Positions 1-9,842 of a stretch of 64,000 bases of DNA are shown here, piece by piece. The stretch comes from a virus, in IMG/VR virus record IMGVR_UViG_3300031950_000001, positions 1-64,000 of that record; one strand, 5' to 3'. The notes under the pieces were generated by a model that was not told where the DNA came from, did not search any database, and worked only from the letters and a program-made list of their open reading frames with translations. The position numbers and the translations under genes were made by a program. Numbering within the stretch: position 1 is the first letter of the stretch; every line of letters starts with the position of its first letter.

Positions 1-1071
1 GACGCCGAAATCACCGAAGGCTTCACAGACCGGGTAGCCGAATTCTTGGCCAAGGTCCCCCAGGATTGGGAAGGCATTATGCTGGGCGGCCAGCACCATA
101 CCTCTCCGAAAGAGACTGGCATTCCCGGCGTGGTCCGGGTCCAGTATGCCCAACGGACCCATGCCTATATCGCCCGGCCAAGTTACATGAAAGCCCTTCA
201 GCAGCGGTGGGGCAATTGCACCGTCCATATCGACTGGGCCATGAAAGACTGGCAGCATACCCGAATTGTGTATGCTCCTGATCCCTGGCTCATTGGGCAA
301 GCCGGAGGGCGATCCGACATCCGGGGCGCCGTAAAACCCAGGGAATGGTGGTCATCGGCAGCCCCACCTGCCCCCAGTACCAGCAAACTTCCGCCTGGAC
401 CGAAACCGGTGATTCTTTTGCGGGCAAGCCGTCCAGTTGCCGAACAGCTTCAGCGGTTCGGCTGGCATGGCGGATATAGCCGGGATCGACAAACCGGCTA
501 CGACAGCGGCCTAAAAGACATTGCCCGGCAATCCAAAGAAGTAAGACCCCGCCGTCTCCGGGAGTGGATTCAATTGGTCGGTCGTGAAGCCGACGACGCC
601 TACGCCCTCTGTACCATTTGGCACCCAGAAATCACCATCGAAGATGTTCGGGCTGCCCATTCGGGTCCAATCCTGGAAATCCAGGTCGAACAGGACAACG
701 TCGAAGCCGCCGTGGAAGCAGCGTTCGATCAGCTGCCATCCGAGTGGCGGGAATACTTGGAAACTAACCCGGCTCCCAATCAACCGCCGGTGGTCTTGCT
801 CAACGCCCCGGAGGAAACGGCCCACGAGCTCCAGGAGAAACATCGCTGGCTTTGCGCCCGGCTTCCCGAACCGCTTCCCGAAGCCAATCAACTTCAGCGT
901 TGGATCGCCCGACTCCGCCGACAGGCCGCCCAAGAGGGCAAAGCCCTTGCCCTTTACGGCCTATCCGTGTTCGATCTACCCCCCTTAAAAATCCCCACCG
1001 AACCCATCACCGCCCATACGGCAGAAGAAGCCATGGGACAGTTCTTAATGGAAGGGAAAAACTATGGTTAA
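1..1071 (+). CDS. Glycosyltransferase, GT25-like N-terminal part plus unknown C-terminal domain (5' truncated by window edge)
   Basis: Frame open from base 1 (DAEITEGFTDRVAEFLAKVPQDWEGIMLGG). THAYI, HIDW and PWLIGQ..G.SDI motifs resemble GT25 enzymes. Confidence 0.6.
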   Translation, partial: DAEITEGFTDRVAEFLAKVPQDWEGIMLGGQHHTSPKETGIPGVVRVQYAQRTHAYIARPSYMKALQQRWGNCTVHIDWAMKDWQHTRIVYAPDPWLIGQAGGRSDIRGAVKPREWWSSAAPPAPSTSKLPPGPKPVILLRASRPVAEQLQRFGWHGGYSRDRQTGYDSGLKDIARQSKEVRPRRLREWIQLVGREADDAYALCTIWHPEITIEDVRAAHSGPILEIQVEQDNVEAAVEAAFDQLPSEWREYLETNPAPNQPPVVLLNAPEETAHELQEKHRWLCARLPEPLPEANQLQRWIARLRRQAAQEGKALALYGLSVFDLPPLKIPTEPITAHTAEEAMGQFLMEGKNYG

Positions 1072-1639
1072 TATCTATTGCTATTGGGAAGGGGAAAAGC
1101 CACCGTATATCCAAGTTTGTGAGGACCTTTTGCGAGCCTACCATCCGAATTTAGTGGTGGTGGATCCGCCAACTCTCCATACCATGAAATTCCCCCGCGA
1201 TGTATGGGATGCAATCCGCAACTGGAACGTAGCGAACCGCTCCGATGTCATTCGTTGCTGGCTTCTCAAGCAATTTGGGGGCATGTGGTGTGATATTGAC
1301 TGCATACCGGTTCACTCGTTTTCCGTATTTCTGCAGATTGCTCAAACTACACCTGCAGGAGTAGCAGCGTACGCTTCGACAGATAACACGATTGGGGTCG
1401 GGTTTATCGCAGCCCGGCCTGGCAGCGAAGCTATCGAACGATGGTGGCAAGCGATTCTCCGGGTTTTTCAGGAACAACGACACCCCCGTTGGTTGGAAGT
1501 AAGCACAGAGCCGTTCACTCGTATTGTGTCCGAAATTGGCCGTGATCAATTTGCATTATGGCCGCTGGCACACATTTCCCCAGTGGTCTGGCGTGACACG
1601 GAACGTTTTTTAATGGAGGTTAAAGCTGTTTTCAAATAA
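1064..1639 (+). CDS. DXD sugar-binding glycosyltransferase (GT32/OCH1-like), C-terminus interrupted by an inserted element
   Basis: RSDVIRCWLLKQFGGMWCDID motif. The last residues EVKAVFK come from the 451-bp element starting at 1616. Confidence 0.75.
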   Translation: MVNIYCYWEGEKPPYIQVCEDLLRAYHPNLVVVDPPTLHTMKFPRDVWDAIRNWNVANRSDVIRCWLLKQFGGMWCDIDCIPVHSFSVFLQIAQTTPAGVAAYASTDNTIGVGFIAARPGSEAIERWWQAILRVFQEQRHPRWLEVSTEPFTRIVSEIGRDQFALWPLAHISPVVWRDTERFLMEVKAVFK

Positions 1640-2066
1640 CTAACTATACCGCTACAAACATACCAATAACACTTGACAAGAGACAAAGATGCGATATACT
1701 AATTGGTAAGGATTACCTGCTGGTCGACAGTGAAATAATCGAGGTTGACCGTCGTTCGGTATAGACACGGGCGTCAAGGCGTTAGCCGTTCTCTCAGATG
1801 GAAAGCGGTACGAGAACCAAGTACTGCTACGCTCAAGACTGAGAAGTTGTCGACGCTACATCGACGGATATTTGAACGCCGCTCGGAACATTGAGCGGGA
1901 AGCGTTACGTTTGATCAACAGAGGCCGGAGTGGGTTCACGGACTCTCTAAACGGACGTGGACAGGACGTAAGACCCTTCGGGGCAGTCCTGGATGAAACG
2001 TCAAAATTGGCTGAAGAAAGGCAGCCTTCCATTCCTGCCGTGGTTTAGGCAGGTTTGGTAAACCAG
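1616..2066 (+). mobile_element. Non-autonomous TnpB-derived miniature element (IS607/IS200-605 type), copy 1
   Basis: Matches 36694-37144 by eye over 451 bp. Carries TnpB fragments (GIDTGVKALAVLSDGKRYENQ; NAARNIEREAL), a TTGACA-N16-TATACT promoter and a hairpin-rich right end. Confidence 0.8.
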
Positions 2067-2627
2067 ATTACCATTCCCATTGTACCTTGGAAAGACCCCT
2101 TCTGGGAGAAACTCAACCTAGATCGACACCTAGCGATGTATGAGCGAGTCGTCTTTGTCGATCGGGACGCCATTATCAGTGAGCGGCGCCCCAATCTCTT
2201 TGACATTGTGCCTGTCGAGTCGTTCGGAGTTGTCCCATCTGAGCAGGACGGCCATTGCTTTCTGGAGCACATTGCGCAACATATGGCGCCGCTTTGTCGA
2301 TTACTGGGGATCGACATGGACTATACACGGGAATATTACAATTCGGGCGTGATGGTTTTCAGTCCACAACGCCATCAAGCCGTGTTTGAGCTCAGCCGGT
2401 CGATCCATCCGTTGCCTTCCCATCGGGGATGGGTAACGATTGATCAAGGCCTTTTAAGTGCAGCATTGAAATATCTTGGAGTTCCGGTTTGCCGGCTAGC
2501 GCCGACGTTTAATCGCATCGGCGAAAAACTTTGGAACCGCTGGCAGCCTGTCATGGATGATTTTATCTGGCATTTTTGCGGCCCCAAAAACTGGGAACAT
2601 ATGAGTCAGACCAGTTGGCGAATATGA
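2055..2627 (+). CDS. GT8-like glycosyltransferase domain (probably the 3' part of the interrupted gene)
   Basis: YERVVFVDRD, YNSGVMVF, DQGLL and WHFCG motifs of GT-A/GT8 type. The called start lies inside the inserted element. Confidence 0.7.
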   Translation: MVNQITIPIVPWKDPFWEKLNLDRHLAMYERVVFVDRDAIISERRPNLFDIVPVESFGVVPSEQDGHCFLEHIAQHMAPLCRLLGIDMDYTREYYNSGVMVFSPQRHQAVFELSRSIHPLPSHRGWVTIDQGLLSAALKYLGVPVCRLAPTFNRIGEKLWNRWQPVMDDFIWHFCGPKNWEHMSQTSWRI

Positions 2628-2743
2628 CAATACCCACCATTTTGACATTAGAGATCGATTTTTTTCGATGCGGCTCCAACAGTGCTCTGTGATTTCGAGG
2701 TATCCGAAAACGCTATTAGAACTTCGATCCGGGAACCTGAGCT

Positions 2744-4396
2744 ATGAAGCTTGCGGCTTTGTGCATCACATATAACCGCCCCCATCTATTGGGGGAGCTT
2801 ATTCAGTGCTTCTTAGCACAGGACTATCCTAAGGAGCTCCGGGAGCTTATTATTCTCGATGATGCCGGTCAGTATGACAATCAGGAAGGTAATGGCTGGC
2901 GTCTTATTTCGATTCCTAGAAGATTCCATACCCTCGGCGAAAAACGGAATGCGTGTGCCGCCTTGGCTAGCCCCGATGTAGAGGGATTTTTAGTTGCCGA
3001 TGATGACGATATTTATCTTCCGCATTGGTTTTCGGCGTGTGCCCGCGCCCTAAAAGAGGGCGATTTTTGTAGGCCTAGTCTAGTACTGACTCTCGAAGGG
3101 GATAAGTTCGTTGCGAAATCGACGGCTGGTGGGGTATTCCATCCCGGATGGGCGTATAGGAAATCGGCCTTTTATCGTGTTGGCGGCTATCGCGACATCA
3201 ATGCCGGGGAAGATCAGGATTTTGGACGTCGACTTCTTGCCAGCGGGGTCAAAGTCGTCGATCCGTGCCAATACTATCCTCCTTATCTTTATTACCGGTG
3301 GGATATTTCCAATACCTATCACGCTACCTCTGCGTCCTATGATGCATTAGGACGAATGAAAATCGAAAAATGCCATCGCATCGAGATTAAATGGTCTAAA
3401 CCCTGGAGCAAACTGCCTATTATTCTTCCAGGCGGACAACGAATCAATCAACCCACCATCCGCGACGTACACGCATATCATGTGTCCGCAGGGCCGAAAC
3501 GCGTCGATCTTATTAGGCCCATATTGCATCCTGATAATAGCGGTCCCATTATGGGGATGTATGCTCTGCAAAAGCTTCTGCGAAGGAAGATCGAATCAGG
3601 CTTAAAGTGGTTGTCTATTGTAACAAACCCCTCCAGCAAGCAAGTACTGCCGTGGTTTTGGTGGGTAGGCGATAGGGATAAAGCGTCGAAGTGGATTGAT
3701 TTGGGGCTGCCGTTTGTCCAGGGTCCAAATGCACTATTTATCCGCGCCCGTACTCCCAGAATCGATTCGTTGGAGTGTAAGCTACTAGATTCCTCGTTAT
3801 GTAAGATGACGTTTTGTCATAGCGAGTGGTATCGTGATCTCATCCTAAAACAACGAGGTCCTGAGAATACGTCTCCAATCGTACTTTGGCCGTATCCTGT
3901 AGATGTTTGGCCGGAAGGCCCGCTTCTTCCGGAATACGATCTTTTAATCTATGTCAAAAATTTTGTCCCTCCCGGACTACCCGAATTTCTAGCCGAGCGA
4001 TTTCCTAATAGCAAAATTATTCAATACGGACATTACCAAAGAGAAGAGCTCTTTGAGATCGCCCGACGTTCTAAAGCATGTGCGTATCTCGCGGAAGACG
4101 AATCCGGCGGGATTGCTACGGCTGAGATATTTCTGTCTGGGTGTCCTATTGTAGGCGTGAAAACAGGTGCGCCGTTCATTATCGATGGTCTTACCGGTCT
4201 TTTTGTCGAAAAGCTGCCTAATCCTAGTCCGCAAAATGACGAGCAGAAGGAGCTTCTGGGGGATTATCTCTTCGCCATACGGAAGGCTCAGGAGTTCGAT
4301 CGTAAAACCGTTCGCGATGCCGCAGCCGAGAAATTTGATAATGAGAAAATTGTGAAGACCATTCTTGACGCCCTAGAGCTGGCGCGATCTTCATGA
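2744..4396 (+). CDS. Two-domain glycosyltransferase (GT2 N-terminal, GT4-like C-terminal)
   Basis: CITYNRP...QDY...ILDD, ADDDD and GED motifs; C-terminal ESGGIATAEIFLSGCPIV. Confidence 0.85.
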   Translation: MKLAALCITYNRPHLLGELIQCFLAQDYPKELRELIILDDAGQYDNQEGNGWRLISIPRRFHTLGEKRNACAALASPDVEGFLVADDDDIYLPHWFSACARALKEGDFCRPSLVLTLEGDKFVAKSTAGGVFHPGWAYRKSAFYRVGGYRDINAGEDQDFGRRLLASGVKVVDPCQYYPPYLYYRWDISNTYHATSASYDALGRMKIEKCHRIEIKWSKPWSKLPIILPGGQRINQPTIRDVHAYHVSAGPKRVDLIRPILHPDNSGPIMGMYALQKLLRRKIESGLKWLSIVTNPSSKQVLPWFWWVGDRDKASKWIDLGLPFVQGPNALFIRARTPRIDSLECKLLDSSLCKMTFCHSEWYRDLILKQRGPENTSPIVLWPYPVDVWPEGPLLPEYDLLIYVKNFVPPGLPEFLAERFPNSKIIQYGHYQREELFEIARRSKACAYLAEDESGGIATAEIFLSGCPIVGVKTGAPFIIDGLTGLFVEKLPNPSPQNDEQKELLGDYLFAIRKAQEFDRKTVRDAAAEKFDNEKIVKTILDALELARSS

Positions 4397-5112
4397 CCGA
4401 TTGGACGCCCAAAACCGGAAAAGCCGAATGGCATCTTACTTATAGATGCAATCTGCGGTGCGTCGGTTGCAATCGGCTCACCCACTTGTTTCCCAATCTC
4501 GATATTCCGGATATGACTCTAGATGACGCAGCACGATTCTGTAGAGAAGGTCCGAAATTCGGGTTTCATACAATCATCATTATCGGCGGCGAACCAACGC
4601 TTCATCCCGATTTTTTAAGTTTTGTGAAATTAGCCCGGAAGCATTTTCCGACGGTTCAACTGTTTTCGAACGAGTATACCGAAGATACCCGGCTTTTGGT
4701 AAAATGGGCCGTTGCCCAAGGAGTCATAAAAGTTCATTCAGCGAAGACCACATCATGTGTCCATCATATTTTGGATCAATGTGTCGCCCCCGTCGATTGC
4801 GGTATTCAGCGCGAGCCTTGCCGGTTTTGTTCGTGCTATCCTGGTGCTTGCGGCATTTCTGTTGATTCGCTCGGTTATACGATGTGCTGTTGTGGGGGTG
4901 CTGTTGATACAGCGCTCGGACTAAACGCTCGCGCAAAACAATTAAGTCAGCTTTTTAATAACGATTTTGCAAAACGGCAATTGGACGCGATGTGCTCGAG
5001 ATGTGGCTTTGATATGGGCATCTATACGCAACACGGTCATCTTGTCGAACGTCATTGTGGTGTTCCGATGTCAAAAACATGGATCGAGGCATGGAAAAAA
5101 CGCGGCATTTAA
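4393..5112 (+). CDS. Radical SAM protein
   Basis: CNLRCVGC (CxxxCxxC), GGEPTLHP and a Cys-rich C-terminal region. Confidence 0.9.
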   Translation: MTDWTPKTGKAEWHLTYRCNLRCVGCNRLTHLFPNLDIPDMTLDDAARFCREGPKFGFHTIIIIGGEPTLHPDFLSFVKLARKHFPTVQLFSNEYTEDTRLLVKWAVAQGVIKVHSAKTTSCVHHILDQCVAPVDCGIQREPCRFCSCYPGACGISVDSLGYTMCCCGGAVDTALGLNARAKQLSQLFNNDFAKRQLDAMCSRCGFDMGIYTQHGHLVERHCGVPMSKTWIEAWKKRGI

Positions 5113-5178
5113 AGATGGGAAGGATTTTTAGTTAAGAGCACTTGAATTTTTTAACTGTTAATTGGTAGACTAAAAGAC

Positions 5179-5285
5179 GAAAGGCCGGCCAGAGTAACAA
5201 GGCTATCGTTTTGGAGGGACGGTCCCTCCAGCCGATCGAACCACAAAGCCCGATCCTTTTGCCCTGCTCTGGCCGGCCTTTTTTG
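5179..5285 (+). terminator. Long imperfect hairpin with T-tract (terminator or small RNA)
   Basis: aaaggccggccagag ... ctctggccggccttt inverted repeat followed by Ts. Confidence 0.55.
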
Positions 5286-5387
5286 TTTAACTCTTTACGA
5301 CAAAGGAGAAGCGTATGACGAATTGAAAAAGTTACAATGACGGCAATGGACAGGGTAAGAAAGGTTTTTTGACAAGGAGGAGTTGCT

Positions 5388-5618
5388 GTGCTCATGCTCA
5401 GCCGTAGGACCAATCAGTCGATCATCTTAAAGGTTGGTGACATCCGTATCGAGGTTCTCGTTGCCGAAATTGAGGCCGGTAGGTACGGCCGTCGAGGAGG
5501 CCTGGTCAAGCTGGGAATAGACGCCCCTAAAGACACCGTCGTTATCTACCGAAAAGAGCTCGAAGAAAGGAATAGCAAGCCTTCGGAGCCGCAGCCAGCC
5601 AGCGAACCTGCGACTTAA
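5388..5618 (+). CDS. csrA: Carbon storage regulator CsrA/RsmA family RNA-binding protein
   Basis: MLMLSRRTNQSIIL...VKLGIDAPKDTVVIYRKEL matches the CsrA pattern; AGGAGG RBS upstream. Confidence 0.85.
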   Translation: MLMLSRRTNQSIILKVGDIRIEVLVAEIEAGRYGRRGGLVKLGIDAPKDTVVIYRKELEERNSKPSEPQPASEPAT

Positions 5619-5637
5619 TTTAAAAAAGACAATAACA

Positions 5638-5686
5638 AATAAGCCGGGACTGGCAAGACTCTTGCTCGTCCCGGCTTATTTTTTAG
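5638..5686. terminator. Intrinsic terminator between convergent genes
   Basis: aataagccgggac...gtcccggcttatt hairpin followed by TTTTAGCTA. Confidence 0.75.
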
Positions 5687-6403
5687 CTATTTCTCTTTTT
5701 CAGCTTCCACCATGTTTTTAAAGCTCATGAACGTGGCTTTGTCCTGCGCGTACGCCGTCATCATGGCAATGGCATATTCAGCCGCCTTATCCATCTTATA
5801 CCTCTGCGCGCAGTCGATAAATCGCTGAAACTCTTCAAGCGTGTCCAAATCGGCTCTATCGGCTTTGGCTTTCGCAACAGCGTAAATGGCGTCCATCATC
5901 GCCTTATCATTCCGCCACCGGTTCATGACATCATAGTTATTCTCGACATCGTACATGTAGTTAATTATCTTCGGCACCAGGATATATTGTTCTGCGTCGC
6001 ACAATTCTTTAACGAACGTTTTGACCTTCTCGGCAAACATCAAGCTATAGCCTATTCTCAATAGGCAAATATCGGCCGTAGCAACGGCCACTTCATAAAC
6101 CGACGGCGGTCGATACGTGAGTATATCAAATACCCCCGTTGCCATAGCCGTTACAATACGGCTAAAGTCGGTTACCCGACTTTGCCAGAAATCGTTCGTC
6201 ATGACGTTGATAGCCGCCATAAGCCGATTCATCATCCCCTCGCCTACGGGATGGCCTAGTATCTCTTCTAGTTCGGCCTTAATGGCCGCATATTCCCCGT
6301 CCAGAACATTAGGCCCGTACTTTTCGGCTAACGCCAGATAAAGCATGGGAGGGGTGGCTTCCGGGTCTTCGAAAATGGCAACAATCTTAGCGTCGTTTGG
6401 CAT
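5687..6403 (-). CDS. Hypothetical protein
   Basis: Long ORF; likely start MPNDAK at 6403. Confidence 0.7.
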   Translation of the reverse strand: MPNDAKIVAIFEDPEATPPMLYLALAEKYGPNVLDGEYAAIKAELEEILGHPVGEGMMNRLMAAINVMTNDFWQSRVTDFSRIVTAMATGVFDILTYRPPSVYEVAVATADICLLRIGYSLMFAEKVKTFVKELCDAEQYILVPKIINYMYDVENNYDVMNRWRNDKAMMDAIYAVAKAKADRADLDTLEEFQRFIDCAQRYKMDKAAEYAIAMMTAYAQDKATFMSFKNMVEAEKEK

Positions 6404-6419
6404 GGAAGGGAAACCTTTC

Positions 6420-6809
6420 TTAGAAGACTTTGAGCTCCAAGAGCCTCGTAATACCGTTAATATCAAAGAGCCTTGCCTCTAAAGTGGGCGGAATCTCGTC
6501 GGCAAATTCGTTGTCATGAATATCATACCACTTTTGGGGTACGCCGTTTACAAATAAGGTAGCCCATCGATTGTCTGCAATGCCCAATTTAACATCGGCC
6601 TTTTTGTCGAGAGCCTCAAGAATGGCGTCTTTGAACTTTTTAAAGATAATCTTAACCGCCGTTTCGTCATATCGGGAGGCAATAAAGACAAGCGAGATGA
6701 GGACGGATTTTTCGGTTTCCGTGAGTTTGGAATAGTCTTCGTTAAAGCCCAAAAGAATGCAAATCTCCACAAGCTGCTTACGTTTGATGGGAATAAGCCG
6801 CTTTTGCAT
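6420..6809 (-). CDS. Hypothetical protein
   Basis: ORF with likely start MQKRL after an AAAGGAG RBS. Confidence 0.65.
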   Translation of the reverse strand: MQKRLIPIKRKQLVEICILLGFNEDYSKLTETEKSVLISLVFIASRYDETAVKIIFKKFKDAILEALDKKADVKLGIADNRWATLFVNGVPQKWYDIHDNEFADEIPPTLEARLFDINGITRLLELKVF

Positions 6810-7070
6810 TGAGGGGTCTCCTTTGGGGGATACTTTCATTATACTGGAGACCGAACTGGAATTGGGCTGGAGGATTTGGTCTATTGGCAGTATGGATTGG
6901 CCGTTCGTACGAAATTTGATTCCGGAATCAAATTTGGGGCTAAAGAATCGGGAATTTCATGGCATTTAAGCATGAGCTGGGCGACCAGCCTTTACCACCT
7001 CGGCCAACCCCGCCTGGCCGGGTGGTAAGGACCGGAAAAGGCGGGGAACCTCCTAAAAAGGAGGAGGAAC

Positions 7071-7301
7071 ATGTTTATCATCATCATGGACGGTCGCGGC
7101 CGCTACTGGGCTTGCAGCCCAGTTAGCGACCGCGAGGCCGACCTTTGGCGGCTTGTCGGCCGGCCGCCAAAGGTCGGCCAGATCCTGGAGGCTCCGCAAG
7201 GGGCCTCCAGGATGCTGAAACGGCTCGGGTACACCCGGGTCAACCGGGTACCCGAGCCGTTGAGACCCGATCACCTATGGGCCCTTGAGGCCCTAGGGTG
7301 A
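7071..7301 (+). CDS. Hypothetical early protein
   Basis: Strong AGGAGG RBS; follows the promoter motif and precedes a terminator. Confidence 0.7.
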   Translation: MFIIIMDGRGRYWACSPVSDREADLWRLVGRPPKVGQILEAPQGASRMLKRLGYTRVNRVPEPLRPDHLWALEALG

Positions 7302-7308
7302 TCGGGGG

Positions 7309-7364
7309 CCGGAGGCGGGGGAATGGCCGGCACAAAGAAACCCCCGCCTCCGGTTTTTTAGCTA
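7309..7364 (+). terminator. Intrinsic terminator
   Basis: ccggaggcggggg...cccccgcctccgg followed by TTTTTTAGCTA. Confidence 0.8.
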
Positions 7365-7501
7365 TTTCTGTTTTTTATCCGTCGGGAACCGGCGGCGGAC
7401 ATCGTCGTCCTTATGGTCTGCGAAAGCATCTTTCTTTTTTAGAGTTGATAAGTTTAGAATCCTGGCTTTGTAGTATAATTTATTTCTCATCGCTTTTCCC
7501 A

Positions 7502-7678
7502 GCCCCGACCGCTCTCGGGTTCAGCCCTTCGCCGGGCTAAGATTATTGCCTGTCGTGGCTGAGCTGCTGCCCGTCCACAGGAAGACTGGCTCCGGGCTGG
7601 CGGTTAACCGCAGAGAGCCGTCGGGGCACTGCAAGGGGAGGAAGGTCTGCCGGCCCCTTCCTCCCCCGCTTTTTTTTA
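7502..7678 (+). ncRNA. Candidate structured small RNA
   Basis: TATAAT at ~7474. The 5' gccccgac..ctctc pairs with 3' gagag..gtcggggc, followed by a GC hairpin and T-tract. No RBS-led ORF. Confidence 0.45.
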
Positions 7679-7891
7679 ACCTAAAAGTTCCGTTCGATTT
7701 GTGGCATTTAAATATGGAGCTCAAAATCTAGCCCATATTGGGCTAGATTTGGGCTTCTTTTTACTTTTTTTTTTTTCTTTCGCTACAAAAAAAAGACGGT
7801 TTAGCCTTGCCCGATTTTTTCCCGCCAATCGGGAGTAAGGCTTGTTAGTGAACGGCGGGGTGTTTTTTAGTTTTTTTTAAGGAGGTGTGTT

Positions 7892-8686
7892 ATGAAGTTA
7901 CGTGTCCAGTTCAACGATCAGGCCAAGGCTTATCCAGCATTGCTGACGGATCACGAGAAGGAATTTGTACCAGCGTTCGTAAAATTTATTTTCTGGAACG
8001 ACGAGGGGGTACAGATTCGACCAGCCCCTGATGATGGGCTGCATCTGTTACCCCATAAGATTGCGAATCTAAAACGCCATGTCAATTTATCTTCATGGAG
8101 TTATAGTGTTGCTGAACACGGACTCGTCGTTTTAAGCTGGGATCCGGTCAGCAAATCTAAGTGCCATCAGGTAAAGCTCCCGTCCCGTATGGCACTATAT
8201 GACGTGATTCAAGAGCTCAATCCTCCGGCATATGCCCGGAAAGGAGCTCAGCAATTAGTGGAGCAATATAAGGAAGAGGGCCATCAAACAGTTGAATGGT
8301 ATGTTGCCGATGGCCTTGATACAGCCCTCATATTAAAGAAGAAAGGAGATACGGATTTATTAGCCCAAATATACGATTCTGAGGTTGACGAAAACCCGGC
8401 CATTCGGCTCAATAACATCGGCCTTTGGCCGGTTCGCGAAATGACAATAACGAAATTATTCAGTTATGAAACAATCGAACCGCCTTTGTACGACGAAATT
8501 GTCAATAGACGATTCAAAGGGCGGGAGTTTTGCACCCTGTTCTGGCTCCGATGGAACGGAGTCAAAAATGGGGTGATTACACGAGATACGAAAGTATTAG
8601 CATATTTAGCCGAGCATCAACAGCAATCAGGGGACACGGAGGTCGTCATACCTGAAGGCTGGTATATGATTAAACCCATTGCGTAA
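7892..8686 (+). CDS. Hypothetical protein, paralog 1 of a tandem pair
   Basis: AAGGAGG RBS; highly similar to 8852-9646. Confidence 0.85.
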   Translation: MKLRVQFNDQAKAYPALLTDHEKEFVPAFVKFIFWNDEGVQIRPAPDDGLHLLPHKIANLKRHVNLSSWSYSVAEHGLVVLSWDPVSKSKCHQVKLPSRMALYDVIQELNPPAYARKGAQQLVEQYKEEGHQTVEWYVADGLDTALILKKKGDTDLLAQIYDSEVDENPAIRLNNIGLWPVREMTITKLFSYETIEPPLYDEIVNRRFKGREFCTLFWLRWNGVKNGVITRDTKVLAYLAEHQQQSGDTEVVIPEGWYMIKPIA

Positions 8687-8851
8687 CGAAAAATTCATCC
8701 TGCTGAGGTTAAAACTACTTAGATAGATATCCTGGGAAGACCTGTCTCTCTCACTGAGGGGCAGGTCTTCCCTCTTTTTTTAGAGATGGTTAGGGTACGT
8801 GTATACTTGGTAGTTTTTTGTAACCTTTTTTTCCTTTTAAGGAGGTACTTT

Positions 8852-9646
8852 ATGAAGTTACGCTTAGAGCTCAACGACCAAAACATTGCTTACCCTGCGC
8901 TGTTGACCAATCATGATCAAGATTTTGTTCCTGCTTTTGTAAAATTTATCTTTTGGGATGACGAGGGGGTCCAGATTCGACCGGCCCCCGATGATGGTAG
9001 GCATTTATTGCCCCACCAAGTTTTGGACTTTAAACGTCATGTTAATCTATCATCGTGGAGCTACATGGTAGCCGAACAAGGACTCGTCATTTTGACGTGG
9101 GACCCGATCAGCAAGTCAGGATGTCATAGTGTTAAGGTCCCGGATAAGGCGGTCCAATATGACATCGTTCAGGAGCTCAACCCGCCAGCGTATGCCCGTC
9201 AAGGGGCTCAGCAGCTGGTGGAGCGATATAAAGAAGAGGGCTATCAAACAGTTGAATGGCGTGTTGCAGGCGGCCTTGATACGGCCCTCATTTTAAGGAA
9301 AAAGGATACTCCGGCTTTATTCGCCGCCATAAACGTTTTTGAAACCGATCAAGATCCGGCCATTAGACTCGATAACATCGGCCTTTGGCCGGTCCATGAG
9401 ATGGACGTGCGAAAACTATATCGCCTCGAAACACTCACACCGCCCTGGTATGAAAACGTTGAGAGCCGCCGGTTCAAGGGGCGGGAGTTTAGTACCCTAT
9501 TCTGGCTCCGATGGAACGGAGTCAAAGATGGGGTGATCACAAAAGAGACAAAAGTATTAGCCTATTTGATGGCGCAACAGAAGCATTCAGGCCGCACGGA
9601 GGTCAGCATACCTGAAGGCATGTATGTAATTAAGCCGCTAACATAA
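8852..9646 (+). CDS. Hypothetical protein, paralog 2 of a tandem pair
   Basis: Start MKLRLE after AAGGAGG; colinear paralog of 7892-8686; own terminator follows. Confidence 0.85.
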   Translation: MKLRLELNDQNIAYPALLTNHDQDFVPAFVKFIFWDDEGVQIRPAPDDGRHLLPHQVLDFKRHVNLSSWSYMVAEQGLVILTWDPISKSGCHSVKVPDKAVQYDIVQELNPPAYARQGAQQLVERYKEEGYQTVEWRVAGGLDTALILRKKDTPALFAAINVFETDQDPAIRLDNIGLWPVHEMDVRKLYRLETLTPPWYENVESRRFKGREFSTLFWLRWNGVKDGVITKETKVLAYLMAQQKHSGRTEVSIPEGMYVIKPLT

Positions 9647-9842
9647 GAAGTCAATCCCCTGGGGTCAAAAAATAACCAATCCGAGGGAAGACCCTCCCTC
9701 CCTGAGGGAGATCGTCTTCCCTCTTTTTTAGCTATTCCAGCTTAAAATATAATAGCTTCAAGCTGCTACGACTTCTTTTACTCGCCGAACGTAGGACCGG
9801 CTTCGATTAGTGCGGGTTTATGCTTTTTCGGAAAGGTCGGTT

